Origin: an uncultured delta proteobacterium
Lineage (GTDB): Bacteria > Desulfobacterota > Binatia > UBA9968
NCBI GenBank assembly: GCA_963847445.1
Contig: CAWJZV010000004.1
Location: forward strand, 160,001-224,000
Direction of reading: 5' to 3'
Length of the DNA stretch: 64,000 nt
The notes under the pieces were generated by a model. The model saw only the letters and a list, made by a program, of their open reading frames with translations, made no database searches and had not been told where the DNA came from. Shown here piece after piece: positions 25,069-34,085 of this stretch. Each line of letters opens with the position of its first letter. Position 1 is the first letter of the stretch. The position numbers and the translations under genes are program-made.

Positions 25069-25231
25069 GACTTGCTCCTGTGCAACCACGTTGAGAGGCT
25101 GCGTCCATATAATGGAGCGCCTCATGGCTTGTCAATGTGCTTTCTCTCCGAGTGCGTTCACTCCTAGTAGCGAGGGCGTAGCCGAAAATGCTAAATACAG
25201 CCAACTTGCGGTTCCGTCTTAGGAGTCGACG

Positions 25232-26203
25232 ATGAAGAAACTTTTCCTACTATTCGTCCTGTTCGGCCTAGCGCCGTTGGCCGGCGCCCAGACCAAACGC
25301 ATCGCCGTCGCCTACAGCGCCGTCAGCGCCACCCAGTCGTCGTTCTTCGTCACCAAAGAGGCCGGCATTTTCGAAAAGCACGGTTTGTACGTCGATCCCG
25401 TCTACGTCGCCAGCGGAACGAAAGTGGCGCAAGCGGTCATCGCCGGCGAATTTCCCGTGGCGCTGGCCGGCGGCACCGTGGTCAACGCGACGCTCGCCGG
25501 CGGCGATATCGTCATCATCGGCGGTCTGGTCAACGTGCCGTCGTTCTACGTCTATGTCCATCCATCGGTCAAACGGCCGGAAGATTTGAAAGGCAAAGCC
25601 ATCGGCATCACCACCTACGGCTCGTCCACCGATTTCTCCATCCGCTATTTAATAAAGAAATGGGGCATGGAGCCCGACCGCGATATCAAAGTTTTGCAAA
25701 TGGGCGGCCAGCCGCAGATCGTCGCCGCCATGGTCGGCGGCAGCGTCCAAGGCGGCGTGCTGTCATCGCCGGCCAATTATCGAGCGGCCAAGGCCGGCTT
25801 TCAGCTGCTCACCGATTTCAAAAAAGTCGGCCTCGACTATCCCACAGTCAGTCTGGTGTCGACCAGGTCGTTTATCAAGAAAGATCCGCAGACCGTGCGC
25901 CGCTTCATGATGGCCTATAGCGAAGGCGTCGAGCGGCTCTACCGCGACAAAGAGTTCACCATGAAAGTCATCGGCAAGTACACCAAAACCGACGACCGCG
26001 AAGGTTTGGAATCGGCCTACGGCTTCGCGACGACGTTCATCGAACGGCCGCCGCATCTGCCCTACAAGGCGGTCGAGACGATTTTGGCGCAACTCGGTGA
26101 GAAGGATCCGAAAGCACGCGAAGCCAAGCCGGAAGATTTCATCGATCCGACCTTTTACAACGAGATGGAAAAATCCGGTTTCTTCAAAACCATCGCGCGC
26201 TGA
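25232..26203 (+). CDS. NMT1/TauA-like substrate-binding protein (no adjacent permease)
   Basis: Signal peptide, GIFEKHGL, DLKGKAIG, DFIDPTF. Confidence 0.9.
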   Translation: MKKLFLLFVLFGLAPLAGAQTKRIAVAYSAVSATQSSFFVTKEAGIFEKHGLYVDPVYVASGTKVAQAVIAGEFPVALAGGTVVNATLAGGDIVIIGGLVNVPSFYVYVHPSVKRPEDLKGKAIGITTYGSSTDFSIRYLIKKWGMEPDRDIKVLQMGGQPQIVAAMVGGSVQGGVLSSPANYRAAKAGFQLLTDFKKVGLDYPTVSLVSTRSFIKKDPQTVRRFMMAYSEGVERLYRDKEFTMKVIGKYTKTDDREGLESAYGFATTFIERPPHLPYKAVETILAQLGEKDPKAREAKPEDFIDPTFYNEMEKSGFFKTIAR

Positions 26204-26251
26204 AGCCGTAAAGAAGGAACCCGGCAACAAATAGTTTGCAACCAACCGCTT

Positions 26252-26354
26252 CATCCCGAGGACACGAAGAGCACGAAGTTCGGACTTGATTATTTTCCGA
26301 AACCTTCGTGTCCGGAGCCTGTCCTGAGCGCAGCCGAAGGATGCCTTCGTGGTG
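26252..26354. repeat. Family A palindrome with a CCTGTCCTGAGCGCAGCCGAAGG unit inserted in its right arm
   Basis: cacgaagagcacgaag...ccttcgtgtcc[ggagcctgtcctgagcgcagccgaagga]tgccttcgtggtg. Confidence 0.75.
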
Positions 26355-26391
26355 AGAATGGTGCTCCGTAAACCTGCAAGCTACACGTAAG

Positions 26392-27436
26392 ATGAAAGCC
26401 ATCGTCATCAGACAGTTCGGCGCTCCCGAAGTCATGCGCCTCGAGGATGTCGCCGAGCCCAAAGCCGCGCCCGGCGAAATCGTCATCAAAGTCCACTCGG
26501 TGTCGGTCAACCGCACCCTCGATTGCGTCGTGCGTGCCGGCAATTATCCGGTGACCATCGAGATGCCCCATGTCCTCGGCGTCGATCCGGCCGGGAGAAG
26601 TGGTCGAAGTCGGCAGCGGCGTCACCCACTTCAAAATCGGCGATCGCGTCGCAACGATTTCGATCATCCGCTGTGGCCAGTGCAAGCAATGCGCGCGCGG
26701 CCTCGAAGCCAATTGTCTCGCGAGCCAGCATATCGGTCTGCATCGCTGGGGCGGCTACGCCGAATATGTCGCCGTACCCGAGCGCAACGCCTTCAAGATC
26801 GCGGACAACTTGACCTACGCCGAAGGCACCGTCATCACCCGCCACTATCCGATGGCGTTCAACCTGCTCACCGGCAAGACTCAGGTCCAAGCCGGCGAAT
26901 GGGTTTTGGTCATGGGCGCCACCGGCGCGCTCGGTAGTTGCTGCGTCCAGGTGGCGAAAATGTTCGGCGCCAGAGTGATCGCCGCCGCCGGCGCCGATGA
27001 GAGAGTCCAACTGGCGATGAAGAGCGGCGCAGACTTCGGCATCAACTATCGCTCTCGAGATCTCGCCAAAACGGTAATGCAGCTCACCGACGGCGACGGC
27101 GTCGACATCGTCTGCGAGAGCATCGCCGACCCGACCTTGTGGCCTGGCGCGTTCAATAGCCTCGCCATCGGCGGCCGCATGGTCACCGCCGGCGCCCACG
27201 GCGGCGGCAACGTGATGTTGGACGCCAAGCGCTTGTACCAGCGCCGCATCAGCATCCTCGGCGCCGCCGGCACCAATCCGCCTGACGTGGAGCAAGCCTT
27301 AGAAGCCGCTCACGCCGGCAAGATCAGAGCGATTCCCCACCGCAAAATGGCTTTAAGCCAAGCCCCTGAGGCGCACCGCATCGTTGAGAGCAATCAGATC
27401 ATCGGCAAGATAATTCTGGAACCGGGGAATAATTAG
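26392..27436 (+). CDS. Zn-binding MDR-family alcohol dehydrogenase/quinone oxidoreductase (one indel)
   Basis: MKAIVIRQFGAPEV, CGQCKQC...C, VMGATGALG, GKIILEP. Confidence 0.9.
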
Positions 27437-27441
27437 GATTG

Positions 27442-27590
27442 CTCCCGCCAAGGCGCAACGACGCCAAGTTCGGAATCGTTGTCATTTCGACCGAAGGGAG
27501 AAATCTTTCCTAGATCCCTCACATTCGTTCGGGATGACGGGCATCGGCCCGTCACCGTTGCGCCTTTGCGGGAGATAAATCCGACTCCCC
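27442..27590. repeat. Composite palindromic element (CCCGCxAAGGCGCAA arms enclosing GTCATTTCGACC...CGGGATGAC)
   Basis: Near copy at 61921-62060 and inverted relative at 37125-37276. Confidence 0.85.
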
Positions 27591-27654
27591 ACTGCGTTTA
27601 CAGCACGCAAGTCAACATGCTAAACACCAAGTAAAGCAATCGTAGGAGGAAACC

Positions 27655-28497
27655 ATGGCCCAGATCGTTTCGATCATCGGTATCACGCACAATCCGTTCA
27701 TGCCGCGCCTGTTCAAACAGCCGCAGCAGCCGCCCGGCGCCGCCAAAGTCAAAGAACGCATCGCCATGATGCGCCAGAAGCTTGCCGAGGCCAAAGTCGA
27801 CGTGCTCGTGTGCATCGGCAACGATCATCTGCATCAATTTTTCATGGACAACATGCCGGCGTTCATGATCGGCAAGATGGAACAGTACGACGGCACGTTT
27901 TACGACGAGGAGCGCGAGTTCGGATTGCCGAAGTGCAAGCTCCAGGGCGACCTCGACGTCTCCGACGCCATCATGGAGGGCGCCTTCGACCGCGGCGTCG
28001 ATTTTTCCTATTCGAACGAATTGACCATCGACCACTCGATCGTCGTGCCGATGATGTTCGTCCGCCCCGAGATGGATATCCCGATCGTGCCGATCTTGAC
28101 CAACTGCATCGCCCCGCCGATGCCGCGAGCAAAACGCTACTTCGAGGTCGGCAAAGCGCTGCGCGCCGCCATCGACAGCCTGCCGACCAACAAGCGCATC
28201 GGCGTGCTCGTCAGCGGCCATCTATCCCTGGAAATCGGCGGCCCGAAAATGTTCGAGCCCAAACTCACCGATCCCAACTTCGACGCCAACGCGGTGGGCT
28301 GGATCGTCAACGGCAACATCGACGCCGCCACCGAAGCCTGCGCCCCTGACAAAATGATTGGCTACGGCAACATGACCACCGGTTATTTGAATTTCATCAT
28401 GATGATGGGCCTCGCCAATCTGGCTAAGCCCTCCTACGCCGAAGGCTTGGATGCTGGATTTCCAGCGATCCCGTTTTTCAGTTGGGATGCATCGTAG
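27655..28497 (+). CDS. Class III extradiol ring-cleavage dioxygenase, LigB-like large subunit
   Basis: GITHNP, GNDHLHQFFMDNMPAF, IDHSIVVP, SGHLSLEIGGP. Confidence 0.85.
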   Translation: MAQIVSIIGITHNPFMPRLFKQPQQPPGAAKVKERIAMMRQKLAEAKVDVLVCIGNDHLHQFFMDNMPAFMIGKMEQYDGTFYDEEREFGLPKCKLQGDLDVSDAIMEGAFDRGVDFSYSNELTIDHSIVVPMMFVRPEMDIPIVPILTNCIAPPMPRAKRYFEVGKALRAAIDSLPTNKRIGVLVSGHLSLEIGGPKMFEPKLTDPNFDANAVGWIVNGNIDAATEACAPDKMIGYGNMTTGYLNFIMMMGLANLAKPSYAEGLDAGFPAIPFFSWDAS

Positions 28498-28631
28498 CTC
28501 AGACTTCGCAAGCAAAGGAAATGCGGAGTCAACAACCCAGCCCCTAATCCTAGGTGCACGGAACAATTGCGCAGCGTAGTTCTGCCTCTCCCTCGAGTGC
28601 AGGACCCAGGGAGCAAGAAGGGAGGTTATTT

Positions 28632-29093
28632 CTGCAAATCGACAAAATTTCACAGCGGGTTTCCGGAAAATGCGTATCTCACGTTGAGGCACGCGAAGAC
28701 GAACGGCTTGCCATTCATTTCGTGGATGGCTCTGTGCTCCTTATCAAGCGGCTGGGACAGGAACTCGCCATAGACTTTGAATCTCAAGACGGTGCCAACG
28801 AGTGCGCCGCTGCCCTTTCGCCGACCTCACGCCAACGCGAGTACCTCGAGTTCATCAAAAAGTATATGCTCCGATTTGGCATCTCTCCGGCGGAATCCGA
28901 CATTCAGCGGCACTTTCTCGTGTCTGCGCCCTCCGTCAATTCGATGGTCCAGGCACTCGAGCGACATGGCTTTATCGTGCGGCAGCGCGGAATGCCGCGG
29001 TCGATACGTCTGGTTGACGCCACTGACTGCGCGGTCTGTGGCGGTATTCACCATTTGATGGCCGCGAACCCCGGAGGGATAACACGCCGATGA
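28632..29093 (+). CDS. Hypothetical protein with C-terminal LexA-type winged HTH (no peptidase domain)
   Basis: PTSRQREYLEFIKKY...SPAESDIQRHFLVSAPSVNSMVQALERHGFI.R..G.PRSI; GGAGG upstream; start approximate. Confidence 0.7.
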   Translation: MQIDKISQRVSGKCVSHVEAREDERLAIHFVDGSVLLIKRLGQELAIDFESQDGANECAAALSPTSRQREYLEFIKKYMLRFGISPAESDIQRHFLVSAPSVNSMVQALERHGFIVRQRGMPRSIRLVDATDCAVCGGIHHLMAANPGGITRR

Positions 29094-29106
29094 ACCCGCC
29101 GGCACG
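29077..29106 (+). mobile_element. Left half of an integron attC-like site
   Basis: GGATAAC-ACGCC-GATGAACC (R''-5 nt-L'') overlapping the ORF stop; no matching right arm seen. Confidence 0.5.
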
Positions 29107-29202
29107 ATTCTCTCACACTACAACAGCGAAATGCATTGACACTACCTTATGGGAGTTGAATTGATCGCCATTGGCGCTTGGACATTGTTGAAGGCTTAGC
29201 GG

Positions 29203-29682
29203 ATGAATAAAACCAAAAACTCGGCAACGCGGCGTAGCTCCAGAGCCGTCTCCGCGAGAACGAACAAGGGTGAGCACGGTGTTGGTGTTCCGCCACAACA
29301 GTCCGAGGAAGATGAAGAGCGACTGCCACCTGCAATCATCGAAGAGCTGAAACGTCGCCTTCGAGAGTCACGCGATCCCGTGCGCTATATGCTAGTCTCA
29401 GAATTTAGTCGACGATTTATCCTTTACTACAACGTTTCAAGTGATACCTATGTCATGAACGAACCGAGTGGCGGGACGCTTTTCAAACGCCGCGAGGCGG
29501 CAGAAAGTGTCAAGAAACTCCTCGGCAAAAGAATCTCGATCGTCAAGTACACGAAAAAGCATGGCAAGCTGAAACCTCTCTCGCAGTATCATAGTAGCTG
29601 GTCCTTCAAAGCAATAAGACCGCACTATGCTGAAAATCAGACTCATCGGTTCGGCCAAAGAAAGAGAGCGACGCATGATTGA
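29203..29682 (+). CDS. Hypothetical protein
   Basis: 159-aa ORF, LYYNVSSDTY.MN...TLFKRR.AA; no family recognised. Confidence 0.6.
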   Translation: MNKTKNSATRRSSRAVSARTNKGEHGVGVPPQQSEEDEERLPPAIIEELKRRLRESRDPVRYMLVSEFSRRFILYYNVSSDTYVMNEPSGGTLFKRREAAESVKKLLGKRISIVKYTKKHGKLKPLSQYHSSWSFKAIRPHYAENQTHRFGQRKRATHD

Positions 29683-30121
29683 TCCGAAGAAGCAGGCAAG
29701 AATCGATGAGGTCAAAGCGCTACTGGCCGATTTCTCACAACAGCACCTGACGTCCGCGTCTGATGTCGCCGGTTACATCGAGAAACTGTGGGACCAGATT
29801 GGCAGGAAGCGAAGCTACGTCATCACCGGCGGAACTAAGGAGGTATGGGCGTCGGCTGTCGTGTATGTGATCGCCCGTCTGAACTTCCTTTTTGACAAAG
29901 CCAACCCAAAGTACCTTACCGCGGACACGATCTGCGACCATTTCGGCACGAAGAAAGGGACGGTGTCGACGCGCGCCGCGGAGATCGAGAAGGCGTGCCG
30001 GATACGTGTGGGGCATGAGGGGCTGTGCAGTCCCGAGATTTCCGACGATCTGACGTTTGTCCAGCTTTCAAACGGAATGGTGCTCCCCAAACGCATGGCC
30101 CGAGAAATGGGCCTCTTGTAA
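29675..30121 (+). CDS. DUF6398-like hypothetical protein
   Basis: WASAVVYVIARLNFLFDK...ICDHFGTKKGTV pattern recalled for this family. Confidence 0.7.
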   Translation: MIDPKKQARIDEVKALLADFSQQHLTSASDVAGYIEKLWDQIGRKRSYVITGGTKEVWASAVVYVIARLNFLFDKANPKYLTADTICDHFGTKKGTVSTRAAEIEKACRIRVGHEGLCSPEISDDLTFVQLSNGMVLPKRMAREMGLL

Positions 30122-30134
30122 TCTGAACAAGATG

Positions 30135-30157
30135 ACCGAACCAAGCACTGTACCGCG
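30135..30157 (+). mobile_element. Left half of an attC-like site
   Basis: ACCGAAC-CAAGC-ACTGTACC, 13 nt after the ORF stop. Confidence 0.4.
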
Positions 30158-30267
30158 TTGATTCGCCTTGGATCTGGCCGTGTCAGACATGCCGAACTTG
30201 ACTGGTGAGAGACGCATGGCATCGGAAGGAAGGAATTCAACTGTAAGCGAAACTTGGAATTAATGCG

Positions 30268-30515
30268 ATGAGATCAAGTAAATGGCTGAAAGCTCGCTTT
30301 GCGATCTGCGTCGACAATTCGGAATATCCGGTCGCGCTCGATCTTCACAAACTTTATCGAGTGATTCCAGACGAGCTTGGAAGGAAGGACGGCGATTTGC
30401 GGATTATCGATGAAAGCGGCGAAGATTATCTCTATTCGGCGGAGCATTTCTTGATAGTTGACATACCCCGGGAGCGGCACAGGCGCTGAACAAGTCGTTC
30501 GCGCGCCGCACTTGA
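30268..30515 (+). CDS. Small conserved hypothetical protein (often near toxin-antitoxin loci)
   Basis: FAICVDNSEYPVAL..HKLYRVIPD...LRIIDESGEDYLY; C-term frameshifted. Confidence 0.7.
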
Positions 30516-30558
30516 CCAGATGAAGGACCTCGCCGCAAGTAGCGGGGCGTCTGAAGTT

Positions 30559-30637
30559 GTAGGGTGGGTGGAGGCGCAACGCGCCGATACCCACCGTTCG
30601 AAATGATGGGTATCGCTTTCGCTCCACCCATCCTACG
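30559..30637. repeat. GTAG-type REP doublet (REPIN-like)
   Basis: GTAGGGTGGGTGGAG...GATACCCA...TGGGTATC...CTCCACCCATCCTAC. Confidence 0.85.
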
Positions 30638-30722
30638 TCGGAATCACAGCGCAACAAGCTACGGGCAATTAACCCGCAGCGATTAAAGCCGCGGCTCGCC
30701 CAAAGTTATGAGGAATAATAAT

Positions 30723-30996
30723 ATGGATTTGAAGATTCTCTCAACCGTCTTCACTTCCGTCTTCATCGCCGAACTCGGCGACAAGACCCAACTTGCCACG
30801 ATGCTGTTCGCGTCGGACAAAGACACCAGTAAATTGACGGTCTTTCTCGGCGCCGCCGCTGCGCTCATAGTAACTTCCGCCATCGGTGTTGCCGCCGGCT
30901 CGGTTGTATCGCAGTATGTGAGCGAGAAAACTTTGCAGTACGTGGCGGGAGTCGGTTTTATCGGAATCGGGAGTCTGGACCTTGGTGAAAGCGTAA
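30723..30996 (+). CDS. UPF0016/GDT1 (TMEM165) family single-domain membrane protein
   Basis: AELGDKTQLAT motif; three hydrophobic helices; true stop at 30996 after indel. Confidence 0.88.
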
Positions 30997-31007
30997 AGAA
31001 AAACGCC

Positions 31008-31274
31008 ATGAAACGTAAGAAAACACTGAAACGACGAATGAGTACGGGCGGAGATACGACTTCGATTATTCAAAGGCTGTCCATGGCAAATACTTCCAGC
31101 GGTTGATGAAGGAGGGCTCAAACGTTGTCGTACTCGAGCCCGACGTCGCGAAAGAGTTTCGTGGCTCGGCAGCGGTGAACGATGCGCTCCGATCGTTACT
31201 CCAGGTGTCAGAAAGCGACTCTTCGTTTAACTTCACGATCCACACCGGCGAGCCGCAAGCGCGCCGTCGGATAA
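31008..31274 (+). CDS. Antitoxin-like small protein (BrnA-like), frameshifted, no toxin partner
   Basis: YDFDYSKAVHGKYF...VVVLEPDVAKEF.GSAAVNDALRSL. Confidence 0.65.
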
Positions 31275-31289
31275 TTGATCACGATAAGA
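31225..31289 (+). mobile_element. Degenerate attC-like site
   Basis: GTTTAAC-TTCAC-GATCCACA then CCGGCG..GCAA..CGCCG hairpin; right core degenerate (GATAAGA); ORF reads into it as RLTSRST. Confidence 0.5.
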
Positions 31290-31303
31290 TATTCGGAGCG
31301 ACC

Positions 31304-31615
31304 ATGAGCAAATACCTAATGAACAAACTGATTCACCTCGTCAACATGGATGAGAAAGCCGAAGAAAAGTATTGCGCCAACCCGCGCGGGTTCGTCGAAG
31401 ATTGGGAGAAAACCCAGAAGCTAAAACTGACGCCGGAAGAACGCGAGGCGCTGGCGACCAAGGACTATGGCAAGCTATACGCTCTCGGCGCCCATCCGTT
31501 CACGCTCTGGAGTTTTACCGAAGCGGTCTGGATACACGAAGTGGCGCGACCCGAATTGGTGGCGGACTACAAAGCCAAGGCTGCCAAGGCGGGATATCCG
31601 AATTTTAAAACCTAG
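31304..31615 (+). CDS. LigA-like small subunit of class III extradiol dioxygenase
   Basis: GGAG RBS; MSKYLMNKL...LTPEEREALATKDYGKLYALGAHPFTLW. Confidence 0.8.
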   Translation: MSKYLMNKLIHLVNMDEKAEEKYCANPRGFVEDWEKTQKLKLTPEEREALATKDYGKLYALGAHPFTLWSFTEAVWIHEVARPELVADYKAKAAKAGYPNFKT

Positions 31616-31619
31616 AAGA

Positions 31620-31702
31620 AGGCAATCGGCAGTAGGCAATTAGTCGCGGAAAACACGATCGCGAATTCCTTACTGCTGCCTAATGCCTGTTGCCTGTTGC
31701 CT
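31620..31702. repeat. Heptamer hairpin (AGGCAAT)n...(TTGCCT)n between convergent genes
   Basis: aggcaatcggcagtaggcaatt ... ctgcctaatgcctgttgcctgttgcct. Confidence 0.7.
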
Positions 31703-31761
31703 CGTATATTCCTTCCAATCGCTGACCCCGCTGATCAAATCCGAAATCACCAACAGGTGCG

Positions 31762-32944
31762 CTAAATTATTCTGCTCGGGCTTGCGCAGCACATGGGGCG
31801 GCTCGCCGCCCGTCTTGAATGTCGCGGATCGCTTTCTCCATCAGCTTGCGCGCCGCCACGATGGCGATGTCGGAGGAGACGATGTTTTCCTGCGTGCGGT
31901 TTTGTATCGCACCCTGGCTGCCGGTGGCGAAGGCGTCGTGGGTCTGAAAGCCGCTCCCCATTCCGGTATAGGTCTGCGTCTGCATCGACTGGCGGTCTTG
32001 CATAAAATGGTTCGACTCGTTGCGAATCGGTCGATACTGCGCGTCGACTTCCGCCAGGGACTTGTCGATCACCGCCTGGTCGAGGGGCGCTTCGCGGTTG
32101 AAGAAGAAACAATATTTCCAATGATGCGTATCGTCGATCGGCACATGCCAGTTGATACCGTAACCTTGCCCGCCGGTCTGACCGGGGAACGTGCTTAAAT
32201 TGGGCAGGACAAAATTTGAAACGCGCAGGTAGATTTTGCCTTCGCCCATCTGGCGCACCGAATAAATGCGCACGCCGAAATCGGTGATCTCCACATCCAG
32301 CGTCGGCGGCTGCGCTTTGGCGATTAGATTATAATGCGACTCGTCGGTGCCGCGCACGCCGGTGTAGCGCTCTTCCTTGTGCTCGAGAAAGCGGTGCAGA
32401 AACGACAAATGCACCGGATCGATGTTGCCCTCGTTGGCCTGCAAGTAATTGCACTCGTGATAAACTTTGTAGACGCAGAAGTGACCCGCCGGTTGATTGA
32501 GAAATTCGTAATTGGGCACAAGCGGTGGTTCGCCCGGCCCCATGTAGGTGAAAATCACTCCGCCCTTTTCCTGGCATGGATATGCGCGATGGCGGATCAC
32601 ATCGCGATTGGCGCCACCGCCCGGCTCGCCCGGCTGTTCCAAACAGCGGCCGCGAATATCGTAAAGCCAGCCATGGTAGAGACAACGCAGACCACCGTCC
32701 TCGATCCGGCCGTAACTCAGGTCGGTGCCACGGTGCGAACAGTGAATGCCGAGCAAACCAACCCGGCCTTGCTCGTCGCGAAACAGAGCCAAGTCCTCGC
32801 CGAGAATCCGCACAGCCAGAGGCGCGCCACCAGGCGGCAATTCTGACGCCAGCGCCACCGGCTGCCAGTAGCGCCGAGCAGATCGCCGGCCGGCTTAGCG
32901 CGATCGGTTTGGGTCAACAATTGATTTTCTTCGCTGGTGATCAT
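31762..32944 (-). CDS. Rieske non-heme iron oxygenase large subunit (phthalate 4,5-dioxygenase-like), frameshifted
   Basis: CSHRG...CLYHGW Rieske motif; EGNIDPVHLSFLH Fe motif; VPIDDT; SSDIAI. Confidence 0.92.
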
Positions 32945-32970
32945 GACGCGATTTTCGACTTTCCTGATAG

Positions 32971-34081
32971 TTATTTCAAAAGCTTGGTTGCCAACGCGAT
33001 TGCCGGCGTTCTAATTTTCTTCACCGACGACTCTAGATGGGTTTCCAAACGGAGATAATCATCCACCGTCATGACGTCTTTGCAACCCTGGCTGCCTGAC
33101 TCCTTCAACCACGCCGTGCTCACGTCGAGCCGGCGCGTGCCCTGGGTCATCGCCTTACCGTAAAGTTCCTGGCCTTCTTTGCCGAGCAGCCAGTTGACAA
33201 AGATTTTCGCCGCGTTGGGATGGGGCGGATTTTTTATCACCGTGATAACGCCGCTGCCGTTGTTGGCATGAGCGCCTTCCTTGGTGCGCGACACTGGCTT
33301 CAAGGGCAGTCCGGCTTTGATAAACGGTTCGTAAGTGTAGTGGCTCAAGCCGATAGTGAAGGCGAGCTTGCCTTTCGCCAAGCCGTCGGCGAGTTGGCGC
33401 AGGTTCTGATTGACCAGCAGATCCTGTTGCGCCAGCTTGGTTAAAAACTCCTCGCCTTTGGTTTTCCAAATAAACGACCAGGTGTTTTGCCCCGAGCCGG
33501 GATTGCGCGGATCGAGCAGACCGATGCGTCCCTTCCACTTGGGATTGAGCAGATCGTCGAAGGAGCGGATTTCACTGGGCTCCGCCTGGCTGGCGTTGTA
33601 CCACCAGGTCTCGCTCGTGTAGCAGAGAAAGGCGTAAACATGTTTCTTGGAGCTGACGTTATCTTCCCAAATATGGCCGCCCCACCAGTTCTTGGGATCC
33701 TTCACTTCCGGCAAGATCATGTACGGGTTGAAGTCGTCTGCGGCGCCGGCGGCGACCATGGACAGCGGCGTCGCACCGCCGGCGACCAGGATATCGTAAT
33801 AGCGCACGCCGGCATTGAATTCCGTGACAATGCGCGTCACGTTCTCCGGCCCGCGCGCGGCCAGCAGTTCGATGGAAATACCAAACTTGTCTTTGAATTT
33901 TTGCCCAATCGCATTGCGCAGTTCAGTGCTGGCGGGAATGCCGACGACAACGATGCCCTCTTTGCGCGCCGCCGCTAGGGTTTGATTCCATTCGCTCGGT
34001 CCCTCGGCGGCAAACACTGGAGTGGCAAGCAGCGAAACCGCCACGAGCTGCCAGAAGATACTTGATGATAAAATTATTCAC
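32971..34081 (-). CDS. ABC substrate-binding protein (type II, AfuA-like; orphan)
   Basis: AAARKEG, DDLLNPKWKG, KNPPHPNAAKIFVNWLL. Confidence 0.88.
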
Positions 34082-34085
34082 AGCT

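Noticed and set aside
22933-25125. Apparent LVIVD-SBP fusion (730 aa)
   Set aside because: The true LVIVD end is in ORF 23868-24125; the linker GRKERKGRK is a translated nonamer repeat.
30708-31615. GDT1-antitoxin and antitoxin-LigA fusions
   Set aside because: Indel-generated; LigA has its own GGAG RBS and ATG at 31304.
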